Positions 1-9,250 of a DNA stretch of 32,000 nucleotides are shown here, piece by piece. Position numbers and translations under genes: made by a program. Every line of letters starts with the position of its first letter. The stretch's first letter is position 1. The DNA is from Nostoc sp. PCC 7120 = FACHB-418 (GTDB taxonomy: Bacteria; Cyanobacteriota; Cyanobacteriia; Cyanobacteriales; Nostocaceae), in assembly GCF_000009705.1 (NCBI RefSeq), contig NC_003272.1, forward strand, positions 1,470,001-1,502,000. The letters are read 5' to 3'. The notes below the pieces were generated by a model. The model had not been told where the DNA came from and did not search any database. It saw nothing but the letters and a program-made list of their open reading frames with translations.

Positions 1-73
1 CTAGAAGAGCCATTTCTCTAGACGCATCTCACTATCAAAAGTGCCAAGAGGATGATGTGCATCTGCACTAGGA

Positions 74-106
74 GGGACTGGGGACTGGGGACTGGGGATT
101 GGGGGA
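74..106. repeat. STRR-type heptamer tandem repeat GGGACTG/GGGATTG (complement of CCCCAGT), about 4.5 copies
   Basis: Read directly: gggactg gggactg gggactg gggattg ggggg. It is followed by the 9-mer aggggaaac repeated twice (128-148). Confidence 0.85.
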
Positions 107-161
107 GCAGGGGCAGCAGAGGAAGCAGGGGAAACAGGGGAAACAGGGAGTAAATGTCATT

Positions 162-203
162 CCCAATACCCAATACCCAATACCCAATACCCAATACCCA
201 ATT
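162..203. repeat. Heptamer tandem repeat CCCAATA, 6 copies, upstream of clpP
   Basis: Read directly: cccaata x5 followed by cccaatt. It ends 37 nt before the clpP ATG. Confidence 0.9.
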
Positions 204-239
204 GATAAGATGGATGTAAATTAGCTACAAGCACGCTGC

Positions 240-854
240 ATGACTATTCCTATCGTTATTGAACAATCAGGTCGAGGCGAACGCGCCTTTGATATTTACT
301 CACGGCTATTACGTGAGCGGATTGTCTTTTTGGGTCAACAGGTTGACAGCAACTTGGCTAACTTAATTGTTGCTCAGTTACTGTTTCTAGATGCGGAAGA
401 CCCAGAGAAAGATATTTATTTGTATATAAATTCTCCTGGTGGTTCGGTAACTGCTGGTATGGGAATTTTTGACACCATGAAGCACATCCGCCCTGATGTT
501 TGTACCATCTGTACAGGATTGGCGGCAAGTATGGGTGCTTTTCTCCTTAGTGCTGGGGCTAAAGGTAAGCGCATGAGTCTACCCCATTCGCGGATTATGA
601 TTCACCAACCTCTAGGCGGCGCTCAAGGTCAAGCAACTGATATTGAAATTCAGGCGCGAGAAATCCTTTACCACAAGCGGCGGTTAAATGATTACTTAGC
701 CGAACACACTGGTCAACCCATTGAGCGCATTGCCGAAGATACTGAACGTGACTTTTTCATGTCACCAGATGAAGCCAAAGATTACGGCTTAATTGACCAA
801 GTAATTGACCGTCACGCTGCTGGTAGTCGTCCAGTGGCGATGGTTGGTCAGTAG
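240..854 (+). CDS. clpP: ATP-dependent Clp protease proteolytic subunit ClpP
   Basis: 204-aa ORF with an ATG start and full-length ClpP-like sequence. The catalytic triad contexts are present: [11 protein letters not shown] (Ser), IMIHQPLGG (His) and RDFFMS (Asp). Confidence 0.95.
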   Translation: MTIPIVIEQSGRGERAFDIYSRLLRERIVFLGQQVDSNLANLIVAQLLFLDAEDPEKDIYLYINSPGGSVTAGMGIFDTMKHIRPDVCTICTGLAASMGAFLLSAGAKGKRMSLPHSRIMIHQPLGGAQGQATDIEIQAREILYHKRRLNDYLAEHTGQPIERIAEDTERDFFMSPDEAKDYGLIDQVIDRHAAGSRPVAMVGQ

Positions 855-1208
855 TCAATAGTCAGTTGTGTTTCATGTGGTTTAACGTGAGTTAGACGGA
901 ACCTAACCCCAACCCCTTCCCTACAAGGGAAGGCTGCTCAAAACCCATAACTGAGTACCAAAGAACCAGGTTTTTAAGCCTCTCCCCGCGTCGGGGAGAG
1001 GTACCCTGCGGGTTCGCCGTAAGGCGTTCTCGTAGAGTAGCAAGCTATGGAGAGGGGTTATTCCGAATTTATAAAACTCACGTTGGTTTAATAACCCTCT
1101 TATGGAACCAACCCCTGAGACAGGTTTCTGGGCTGAAGGCCATTGGCATAACGACCTTACAGCATACGAACCCCACTGACAACTGACAACTGACAACTAA
1201 CCACTAAC
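846..1208. repeat. Composite nested palindromic dispersed-repeat block (MITE-like, non-coding)
   Basis: Heptamers ggtcagt/agtcaat/agtcagt (846-868) are inverted relative to cactgac/aactgac x2/aactaac/cactaac (1174-1208). Nested inside are aacgtgagtt (884-893) with aactcacgtt (1075-1084), the hairpin cctctccccg-cg-tcggggagagg (979-1001), and agaggggttatt (1051-1062) with aataaccctct (1090-1100). Segment 901-933 is the reverse complement of the repeat at 31065-31106 and 31592-31632. Confidence 0.65.
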
Positions 1209-1214
1209 AAAAGA

Positions 1215-2048
1215 TTAAAACCCTGCAATTGGGTCTGGTTGAGATTCTAGGTGTTTGAGGAAGCTGTGTAATTCGTCTTCTGTTAACAACGTACGTCCCC
1301 GCTTTCCGTAGGTTTTGATTAAATATTCTCTTCCTTGCTCTGGTGTCCAACCCAAGCGCTGCAATTCGACATCAGTTTTAGCAATTACATCTGATAAATC
1401 TACAGGCTCGGCTTTTTTCTTTTTCTTCCCTGTGCCGCCTGATATGCTGGTTACGTTCTCTTGCGGACTGTAGCTTCGGGGCGTGAATGGGGTGACATTA
1501 CTATTAACTACTTCTGTTATGGTAGGAATTTCTGGCTGTTGTGCCGTCAATGGAGATAGGTCTTCAATTGGCGGTTCCAGTTCTGGTTCGTAGTAGTTAA
1601 TATCTGGTAATTTCTGGTTGAAATCTGGAAGTGGTTTCTCAGTTTTACTACCGTTGGATGTTGCTGTTTTAACTGAGGTATTATTCAGTGCATCTTTGCT
1701 TTGATCATTATTGTTGGTAACTGACCAACTATTTTTGCCAAAATCCTCATTTTGAATCGAGGTATAAGTAGACTCATGAGAGATAGGATTGGCCTGTACC
1801 TGAGATATGAGTTTTGGGGAAGGCGCTATTGATGCCTGTGGTGTATCTGTGATCCCCAAAACGGTCAGCGCTCTATTTCTTGCTTGGTCTTCGGCGGCTT
1901 CCACAGTTTCTGCTGCTGCCATACCAGTTGCGCGAGTGATACCTTCAATTTGGACGCTTGCCCGAACGATATATTTTCCCTGAAAAATTTGGACTAATTC
2001 AGAAATTAAACTGCCGTTGGGGTACAAGCTCTGGAATTGAGCCAACAT
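1215..2048 (-). CDS. Hypothetical protein with ordered N- and C-terminal modules joined by a long low-complexity linker
   Basis: 277-aa ORF. The N-terminal ~70 aa include GITRATGMAAAETVEAAEDQARNRALTVLGI. The middle ~150 aa are S/T/N/P/E-rich and end in GKKKKKAEP. The C-terminus reads LQRLGWTPEQGREYLIKTYGKRGRTLLTEDELHSFLKHLE. I do not recognise a family. Confidence 0.6.
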   Translation of the reverse strand: MLAQFQSLYPNGSLISELVQIFQGKYIVRASVQIEGITRATGMAAAETVEAAEDQARNRALTVLGITDTPQASIAPSPKLISQVQANPISHESTYTSIQNEDFGKNSWSVTNNNDQSKDALNNTSVKTATSNGSKTEKPLPDFNQKLPDINYYEPELEPPIEDLSPLTAQQPEIPTITEVVNSNVTPFTPRSYSPQENVTSISGGTGKKKKKAEPVDLSDVIAKTDVELQRLGWTPEQGREYLIKTYGKRGRTLLTEDELHSFLKHLESQPDPIAGF

Positions 2049-3003
2049 AATACTGCCACCAAATCTAAATCTATTGAATAATGGGGTCGATGCTACCTGT
2101 TTACCCCAGCCACTGGTTACACTTTTGAGATTTTTGATCCTACCGAAGTTATCAACAAACTTTTGTGGGATGAGAAATCTTGGTAAATGTGACTAACTTT
2201 TTCCTTTAAGGTTTCTCTCTGGATATATTTTAATTTACATCCACTTACCTCTTATGTGGGTAAAAATATCCGTTGTCTTAACCAAGAGCAAAAAATGTAA
2301 CCACAAATTACGAATTATTACAATAGCTTAGTGTAGAGTCGATTTTTCGTTTCTACTCACTAATTCTAAGTGACTTGGCTATTAATGCTATACTGTTTAC
2401 CCAATTCAATATCCAGAACTATTTTCTGGAAGTGCGCTCTAAATCTACAATAATGGAGATAAGGTTCGCCCTCATTGCTTATTAAGCTGCTACCTAATTG
2501 TTACCGATTCTACATATGGGCAAATTGGGTGATTCAGCAGTTTCTCCTAGTAAAAATCAGAGTATCATGGCGTAAAAGTACCTTCAAGCTAGACAATCAA
2601 ACACCTGTATTTTCCCCTACATAGCGCTTTTGGTCAGCGTAGAGAGTAAATCTTAAAACCAGCCTCTCAAAACCAACCGCGTAATTACCTGATGGGGCAA
2701 AATGTAAATCAGGCGTAGTCTCTCAGTTTGGTTAGATGAAGGAACATAAGCACAAGCTAACTCTGAGTTTGTCGTGCAGTGAGAAGTTCTTCAGAAGTTT
2801 ACTCCTGCAAAGAAGTAACCTACGCGGAGCGACTTATGAAGAAGCAGCTTACCTTTCGGTTGGGTTAATTTCCTTTGTGGGAATTTCGGGAACTCAACTT
2901 GGGGGTAATTCGTGTCCAGCTAGTATCCGTAAGCCGTGAGGGTATACGGCAAAGAACCAAATTCAAGCAAAAATGATGTTTTGACCAAAGGTCGGTTCAC
3001 TGC

Positions 3004-5355
3004 ATGGAATTTTCAATCGCTACACTCCTTGCCAATTTCACCGATGATAAATTGGTGGCTCGCAAAGTTTTGGAAAAGAAACTGGGATGCGAGGACGAAG
3101 ACAGTTTAGAAAAACTCCACATCGCCTTGGAAGTGCTGGAGAGAATTGGGGTTTTGGCAAAAGAACGCGGGAAGTATCGCCGCATTTCCGAAGAAGGGAT
3201 GATCGAAGCAAAGCTACGTTGTTCTAGTAAAGGCTTTTGCTTTGCCATTCAAGATGTGGAAGGGGCTGAGGATATTTATATTCGTGAAAGTCATCTGAGT
3301 AATACTTGGAATGGCGATCGCGTGTTGGTACGTGTTCTCAAAGAAGGCAGTCGTCGCCGTTCTCCTGAAGGAGAAGTTAAGCTGATTTTGGAACGTTCCA
3401 ATCACACTTTACTGGCACGGATTAAACAAGTAGAAGGCGGTTTTCGTGCTGTCCCTCTGGATGACCGACTGCTGTTTGAGTTGAAAATTCAAGCCAACAA
3501 ACTCAAGCTAGAAGAGGCAATTGATCACCTCGCCCACGTCGAAGTCCTGCGTTATCCTCTAGCCCAATATCCGCCAGTGGGTCGTGTAGTCCAAATTCTG
3601 GGCAGCGATGCGGAGGCGGCGGCTGATATAGATTTAGTTACCTGTAAACATGATTTATCACGTAATTTCCCTGAGTCAATATTAGATGCAGCCGCTAAGT
3701 TACCCAAAAGGCTACTCAAAGCAGACCTAAAAAATAAACTAGATTTACGCAATCTATTTACCTTTACTATTACTGGCATCAATAGCGACACTAAGGTAAT
3801 AGAAAATGCCATTAGTTTAGAAAAAACAATAGCTGGCAATTGGCAATTAGGTTTTCATATTGCTGATGTATCTCACTACGTCCAACCAGATGAACCTTTA
3901 GATAGGGAAGCAATCAAACGGGGTCGGTCGGTGTATTTGGGAGACTTGGTATTATCCATGCTACCCGATACTGTAGCCGATCGCGCTTCGTTTGTGACTG
4001 GGAGCGATCGCCTGGCACTGTCTTTTTTAATTACGATTTCTTCCCAATTAGGAGAAGTTTTGGAATGGGAAATTCAACCCAGTGTCATTAACGTAGATAA
4101 CAACGTCAGTAAACAGCAAGCAGAAGCAATTCTCCAAGGTGCAGCTACTAAAAAAGACTCGCCACAGATTATAGAACGGCTACAAAACTTAACCACTATT
4201 GGGCAAGCCATCAAGGAATCGCGTCTGGCTCGCGGTAGCTTACAGTTAAATCTGCCGTCGAATCAAAACCCTTATTATGATGAGGGCAGTTTAGGGGCTG
4301 TACTAGTGAATGATTCCCCAGTGCGATCGCTGTTGATGGAATTAGTGTTACTAGTTAATGAATTAATTGCTACCCATTTGAGTGCTTTAGGTATCCCCGC
4401 TATCTGGCGCACTCAAGGCACACCAGATTCGGAAGATGTCCAAGAAATGCTGAAACTGGCGATTAATTTAGGGGTAGAACTAGCACTAGAACCAGAAGTA
4501 GATATCGAACCCTTAGATTATCAACAGTTAACCAGGGCTTTTGCTGAGTCTCCCTCAGAGCAGGTGTTAACTTATCTCCTGCAAGATACCCTCAAGCCTG
4601 CGGTGTACAGTACTACCAAAGCCTCTCACTTTGGTTTGGCACTACTACAATACACCCACTTTACAGCCCCTCTACGCCGTTACCCAGACTTGCTGATGCA
4701 GAGGGTGTATTATCAGCTACTAGAACATGGGCGTGATCGCCGTAACACCAGAGTCAAAGAACGAGTCAACCTGCGCCACTCCTCCAGCCACTCCGAGATT
4801 AACTGGAACGTGTTAGCCCCAGAGTTGCAGCAGGAAATGCAAAGCGACTTAACTAGGGTGATTATCCAAATCAACGACAGGGAAAAAGAAGTCCAAGAAG
4901 CCGAAGCCGATTTAGCTGGACTGCAAAAAGCCCAACTGATGAAACAGCGCATTGGTCAAGTCTTCCAAGGTGTGATTACTGGCGTACAATCCTACGGTTT
5001 CTTTGTAGAAATCGAAGTTCCAGCCGCCGAAGCTGCAACTAATCCGGGTGTACCTTTGCGGGTGGAAGGGTTAGTACACGTCAGTTCTCTCAAAGATGAC
5101 TGGTATGAATACCGCGCCAGACAACAGGCACTATTTGGCAGAAAAAATCGCGCTTCTTATAGATTAGGCGATCGGGTTTCCGTACAAGTCAAGAGCGTCG
5201 ATTACTATCGCCAGCAAATCGATTTAGTCACTGTTGGTAGTGATGGCTTAGTTAAAAATTTAGGTGTCGGTAATGTCAATGGTGATATTTCCGATATTTA
5301 CCTACCAAACGACATGGAATCAGATGATTTAGACTCTTATGCAGATGAAGAATAA
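3004..5355 (+). CDS. RNase II/R family 3'-5' exoribonuclease (RNB catalytic domain plus C-terminal S1 domain)
   Basis: 783-aa ORF. RNB signature: HFGLALLQYTHFTAPLRRYPDLLMQR. S1-like segment: GQVFQGVITGVQSYGFFVEI...GLVHVSSLKDDWY. The tail is acidic. Confidence 0.9.
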   Translation: MEFSIATLLANFTDDKLVARKVLEKKLGCEDEDSLEKLHIALEVLERIGVLAKERGKYRRISEEGMIEAKLRCSSKGFCFAIQDVEGAEDIYIRESHLSNTWNGDRVLVRVLKEGSRRRSPEGEVKLILERSNHTLLARIKQVEGGFRAVPLDDRLLFELKIQANKLKLEEAIDHLAHVEVLRYPLAQYPPVGRVVQILGSDAEAAADIDLVTCKHDLSRNFPESILDAAAKLPKRLLKADLKNKLDLRNLFTFTITGINSDTKVIENAISLEKTIAGNWQLGFHIADVSHYVQPDEPLDREAIKRGRSVYLGDLVLSMLPDTVADRASFVTGSDRLALSFLITISSQLGEVLEWEIQPSVINVDNNVSKQQAEAILQGAATKKDSPQIIERLQNLTTIGQAIKESRLARGSLQLNLPSNQNPYYDEGSLGAVLVNDSPVRSLLMELVLLVNELIATHLSALGIPAIWRTQGTPDSEDVQEMLKLAINLGVELALEPEVDIEPLDYQQLTRAFAESPSEQVLTYLLQDTLKPAVYSTTKASHFGLALLQYTHFTAPLRRYPDLLMQRVYYQLLEHGRDRRNTRVKERVNLRHSSSHSEINWNVLAPELQQEMQSDLTRVIIQINDREKEVQEAEADLAGLQKAQLMKQRIGQVFQGVITGVQSYGFFVEIEVPAAEAATNPGVPLRVEGLVHVSSLKDDWYEYRARQQALFGRKNRASYRLGDRVSVQVKSVDYYRQQIDLVTVGSDGLVKNLGVGNVNGDISDIYLPNDMESDDLDSYADEE

Positions 5356-5372
5356 ATTTTGTTAAGTATCTG

Positions 5373-6002
5373 GTGTCACAACATAACAAACCTCTGATTA
5401 TCGGCGTATCAGGAGCATCTGGACTGATTTACGCCGTCCGCGCCCTTAAATATCTGCTCACAGCCGACTATGAAATTGAATTAGTTGCCTCTAAATCAAC
5501 TTACATGGTTTGGCAAGCAGAACAGGAAACTCGGATGCCATCAGAACCAAAACAACAAGAGCAATTCTGGCGAGAACAAGCCGGAGTTGCTCTCTCTGGC
5601 AAACTGCGTTGCCATCCTTGGAGCGATGTAGGAGCCAATATCGCCAGTGGTTCCTTTCGCACTTTGGGAATGATTGTGATTCCTTGTAGTATGAGTACAG
5701 TAGCCAAGCTAGCGGGTGGTTTGAGTTCTGACTTACTAGAACGGGCTGCGGATGTGCATCTCAAGGAAGGACGTAAGCTAGTTATTGTTCCCAGAGAAAC
5801 GCCCTTCAGCTTAATACACCTACGAAACTTAACCACCTTAGCTGAAACTGGAGTCCGAATTGTCCCCGCCATCCCTGCTTGGTATCACAACCCACAAACT
5901 ATTGAGGACTTAGTTGATTTTGTCGTTGCTCGTACTTTAGACCAACTCGATATCGATTGCGTACCTCTAAAGCGATGGGAGGGCGGTAAGCATAATTCGT
6001 AA
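5373..6002 (+). CDS. ubiX: Flavin prenyltransferase UbiX
   Basis: 209-aa ORF with a GTG start 18 nt after the RNase stop codon. Flavoprotein motifs present: IIGVSGASGLIYAVR, SGSFRTLGMIVIPCSMSTVAKLA and VIVPRETP. Confidence 0.9.
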   Translation: MSQHNKPLIIGVSGASGLIYAVRALKYLLTADYEIELVASKSTYMVWQAEQETRMPSEPKQQEQFWREQAGVALSGKLRCHPWSDVGANIASGSFRTLGMIVIPCSMSTVAKLAGGLSSDLLERAADVHLKEGRKLVIVPRETPFSLIHLRNLTTLAETGVRIVPAIPAWYHNPQTIEDLVDFVVARTLDQLDIDCVPLKRWEGGKHNS

Positions 6003-6318
6003 TTACTAACAGCCTGCGGCTAGGTTAACGCCAACGAAATTCGTAATTAATTCAGGTGTTATTTCTTTACAGTTATGGATGTCAAACAAGAAAGAACAAC
6101 GGTTTCTTTCCCCTTTCCTATTTTCCATACAGCATCTGCCCTTTGTCTAAGCTTTATCATGGGTTTAAGAGTAAAAATTGAAAACTACGTAGGCGAAGCC
6201 TCGCCGCAGGCTATAACAAATTACGTAGCTTGCTTTCCTTTGGTACGCTACCACGCACTCGCAAGCTACATGAAGCGTATCCGTAGGATTCACCCGTAGG
6301 GTATTACGAATTATTTAT

Positions 6319-6984
6319 ATGGCTGTAATTCGCTTAACTTTATTAGTAACAGTACTAGGTGGACTAACACTTTTGTTAGTACAGAATTGGTCGCCAGTTT
6401 TACCTCTGGTGTTTTTGGGGATGCGAAGCCAGCCGTTACCATTGGCTCTGTGGATACTATTTAGTACAGCTGCTGGTGCTGGCACATCTTTATTAATAAC
6501 TAGCTTATTTAAATTATCTAATTATTTTCGGGGGCAACCACGTCAAGTTACCCCTAAATCAACCACTACCTCTAACCGTAGTACAGCGAATCGCAAAGAA
6601 GAATTTACACCTCCCCCATCTAACCAAGCACCACCAAATAAAACTAACTACGCTGCTCGTGATGAGTTTGACGATTGGGAAAGTAACGGTGCAGATGATG
6701 ACTGGGATTTTGAAGAAAAGCCAGGGAATACACCAACTAACAATTCTCAAGCTGAGTCATTTCCAGATTCCTCAACTTATGAGCGCCCACAAAAACCTAA
6801 AAGCGGCTCTCAGTCAGGTTCTACATATTCCTACAGTTACCGAGAACCAAAAAACACCGCAGCAGGTAAGAGCGAATCTGTTTATGATGCTGATTACCGA
6901 GTTATTATTCCTCCATATCAGCCACCAAATAAAGAGGTAGCCAACGATGATGAGGAGGATTGGGGTTTTGATGATGATGAATGA
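6319..6984 (+). CDS. LapA-domain (DUF1049-like) two-TM membrane protein with a disordered acidic, Trp-containing tail
   Basis: 221-aa ORF. The N-terminus, LLLVQNWSPVLPLVFLGMRSQPLPLALWILFSTAAGAGTSLLI, has the typical two-helix LapA-domain pattern. The remaining ~150 aa are low-complexity (P/S/T/N) with DDWESNGADDDWDFEE and EEDWGFDDDE. Confidence 0.7.
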   Translation: MAVIRLTLLVTVLGGLTLLLVQNWSPVLPLVFLGMRSQPLPLALWILFSTAAGAGTSLLITSLFKLSNYFRGQPRQVTPKSTTTSNRSTANRKEEFTPPPSNQAPPNKTNYAARDEFDDWESNGADDDWDFEEKPGNTPTNNSQAESFPDSSTYERPQKPKSGSQSGSTYSYSYREPKNTAAGKSESVYDADYRVIIPPYQPPNKEVANDDEEDWGFDDDE

Positions 6985-7100
6985 AAGCGCTAAGTGCTAA
7001 GTTTTATTGACTGTAGCGAGACGTATAGCCAATTTTGAGTCACAGATGTAATTCTCCCCTACACACGCCAGTTTGATCAAATAGGGGAAACCACCTACCT

Positions 7101-7295
7101 TTACTTAACACCACATCGTTCACGAGACTCCTGCTTGACTTTTCCGTTCATAGCAGCTTCCTGCAAACTCATAAACGCGTTTAAATCTTCTGAATCATAA
7201 TGAGTAGTCAGTAAGTAACGTAGCTGATTTTCTGCTTCAACTGTTAGATAACCTGTTGTTAAAGCTTGTTGCACAACATCACGAATTCGAGTCAT
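7101..7295 (-). CDS. Small hypothetical protein (64 aa from the internal ATG, 72 aa from the upstream GTG at 7319)
   Basis: The ORF reads MTRIRDVVQQALTTGYLTVEAENQLRYLLTTHYDSEDLNAFMSLQEAAMNGKVKQESRE. The ATG at 7295 is preceded by gagg about 9 nt upstream. The composition looks like a real helical protein, but I recognise no family. Confidence 0.5.
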   Translation of the reverse strand: MTRIRDVVQQALTTGYLTVEAENQLRYLLTTHYDSEDLNAFMSLQEAAMNGKVKQESRERCGVK

Positions 7296-8703
7296 GGTTG
7301 ATGCCTCATTACACACCACATTAATTAATTTGAGCTAGCGACCTGAGAATATGCAGTATTTTTTATACTTAAAGTGTCAATTTTAGTAAAGCTGTTTGAT
7401 GCTGTTTTAACAGTAGTGTCGTCATTTTTTACACCTTTGTCTTTAAAAATATTGATTAAAGCTAGTTAAATCTAAAGGTAAAAATATAGTTCATGTGCTG
7501 TATAAAACACCGTATTATGTCCAAATGAAGTGGCTCCGTCAAGGATAAAGTCAGGCTTGTTTATATTGACTGAATTTGTCTGATTAAAGTTTCAAAGAAG
7601 CTTTATTAAATTTCCTTTAAACCTAACCATACTTAATACATTACTACGAAGTCACCAGATTAAAGTTATTAAAATAGTTATAAATTTACCTGCAATTTAT
7701 TTTGGCTGTATAGAATAATTATCAACAAATTTTCTAAGTTACATTGAATACACATCTAATAGTGATAACAACAGTTAGTCTCAATAAATCGATGAATTTA
7801 TAGCGATTACAAACAGTTTATAGCCAAAAAAATTATACATATATATTGGTATCCAATAAAGAGAAGCCTTTGACACAAGTAAAAATAATTCTCAAGGAAT
7901 GAGTATTCGCATGATTTTATTCCAGCAGAAATTATGAATATTCTTAATCACAGTTTTAGCAGTATTGTTAGAGAACTCCTTTGTTATTCTTGAAATATAT
8001 CTAGAGGAAGCACTACACCTGTAAACTTTTCCCGTTCTCAAGAAGGTAGTGTATTGTGTTCCCTCAGTTACATAAACTAGTGTCACAGGATTTTAGGCAT
8101 TGATAACTCTACTTCAGCCCCAAGGTTACTGAATTGTTATGTGCAGGCACAGGCCAAGATCACGAATCAAATGAGATTGCTATGTGAGGGTTTATTTATT
8201 TAATGGGTCTGCAAAATCTGGGAAAAAATGCTGAGGCTGGAAACAAGATACTTTCTAAAAGTTAAAAATTTACATCAAGTAACTTATGTACCAGAAACCG
8301 ATAACTTACTACTAAGTAGAACAGGGTAAATAATTAAAGCTTTGTAGTGAGAACTTTAGTTCTCTCTGCGAGACGCTCCGCGAACAAAAAAGGAATAAAG
8401 CCCTGACTACGAACTCAATGTTAGTTTTTTAACATTACTTAACATGGGTTGCTTTTTTCAAGTTGTTCTACTTACAAATTGTTAACGGCTTTTTCAACCA
8501 ATTAAGGTCAAGAGACTTAAAAACGACCTGATTATATTACCTGGCGATCGCTAGTTTTTGCACCTACCCTAAAGCAGATATTAGATAAACTTATATAGTG
8601 ATGGGCAAGGCTGATTGTATTATGGTTTCTTGAGCATCACCCATCCTACTGGGGTTATTTTCAATCAACACAGCAGATTCTGATAACGGAGAATTAAACA
8701 AGA

Positions 8704-9249
8704 GTGAGTAGTTTATTGCAGGGAGTTAACCTATACTTAATCGGCATGATGGGCGCTGGTAAGACTACAGTAGGACATTTACTCGCCAAAGAATTGGGTT
8801 ATGGCTTTTTAGATACTGATAATGTGATTGCCCAAGCTACTAAAAAATCTATCAATGAGATATTTGCCGAAGCAGGGGAAGCCGGATTTCGCCAGATAGA
8901 AAGCGATGTGTTAGCCCAGGTTTGTTCCTATACTAAGTTGACTGTAGCGACAGGTGGCGGCATTGTGTTGCGGCGAGAAAATTGGAGTTACCTACACCAC
9001 GGTTTAATTTTGTGGCTAGATGTGCCAGTAGATATACTCTATGCACGTTTAGCGGCAGATACAACAAGACCACTTTTACAGGATGATGACCCAAAAGGCA
9101 AATTGCGATCGCTCCTGGAACAACGCACACCGCTTTATTCGCAAGCAGATTTACGCATCTGTGTCAATGCAGAAGAAACACCAGAACAAATTGCCAATAA
9201 AGTTATGCAGGCAATTCCCAGCGTCTTGAAACAAACTGCCTCTAATTAG
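8704..9249 (+). CDS. aroK: Shikimate kinase
   Basis: 181-aa ORF with a GTG start and ggaga 11 nt upstream. Walker A GMMGAGKTTVG, followed by LDTD and ATGGG as in the AroK family. Confidence 0.9.
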   Translation: MSSLLQGVNLYLIGMMGAGKTTVGHLLAKELGYGFLDTDNVIAQATKKSINEIFAEAGEAGFRQIESDVLAQVCSYTKLTVATGGGIVLRRENWSYLHHGLILWLDVPVDILYARLAADTTRPLLQDDDPKGKLRSLLEQRTPLYSQADLRICVNAEETPEQIANKVMQAIPSVLKQTASN

Positions 9250-9250
9250 T

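Noticed and set aside
130-145. Two GGAAACA motifs, which I recall as a hallmark of Yfr2-family sRNAs
   Set aside because: They are simply part of a tandem 9-mer repeat (aggggaaac) within an STRR cluster. There is no flanking 5' stem or intrinsic terminator, and my memory of the motif is unverified.
921-1196. 91-aa minus-strand ORF from the track
   Set aside because: It lies entirely inside the nested palindromic repeat block. Its sequence is dictated by the hairpin repeats (for example the PLPDAGRG stretch encoded by the cctctcccc...ggggagagg hairpin) and it has no ribosome-binding site.
2736-3248. Track ORFs 2736-2939 (+) and 2997-3248 (-)
   Set aside because: Odd composition and no start context. 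The second is antisense to the 5' end of the RNase gene. I treat both as chance ORFs.
5501-5872. Long antisense or alternative-frame ORFs inside real genes (5501-5872, 13867-14229, 26012-26392, 26437-26739, 26612-26866, 29514-29977 and others)
   Set aside because: Each is fully embedded in a confidently identified gene, and their products are Arg/Ser/Pro-rich as expected from off-frame translation.
6075-6299. 74-aa plus-strand ORF between ubiX and the LapA-domain gene
   Set aside because: It runs through dispersed repeats (attcgtaatta duplicates, and ctacgta...tacgtag around ggcgaagcctcgccgcaggc). It is repeat-derived rather than coding.
7356-7368. GTA-N7-TAC, resembling an NtcA site
   Set aside because: NtcA sites need GTA-N8-TAC. 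My eye scan of the other intergenic regions found no exact GTA-N8-TAC either.
7892-8086. 64-aa minus-strand ORF in the 1.4 kb gap
   Set aside because: The basic, low-information composition is typical of AT-rich non-coding DNA. It has no ribosome-binding site and I recognise no family.
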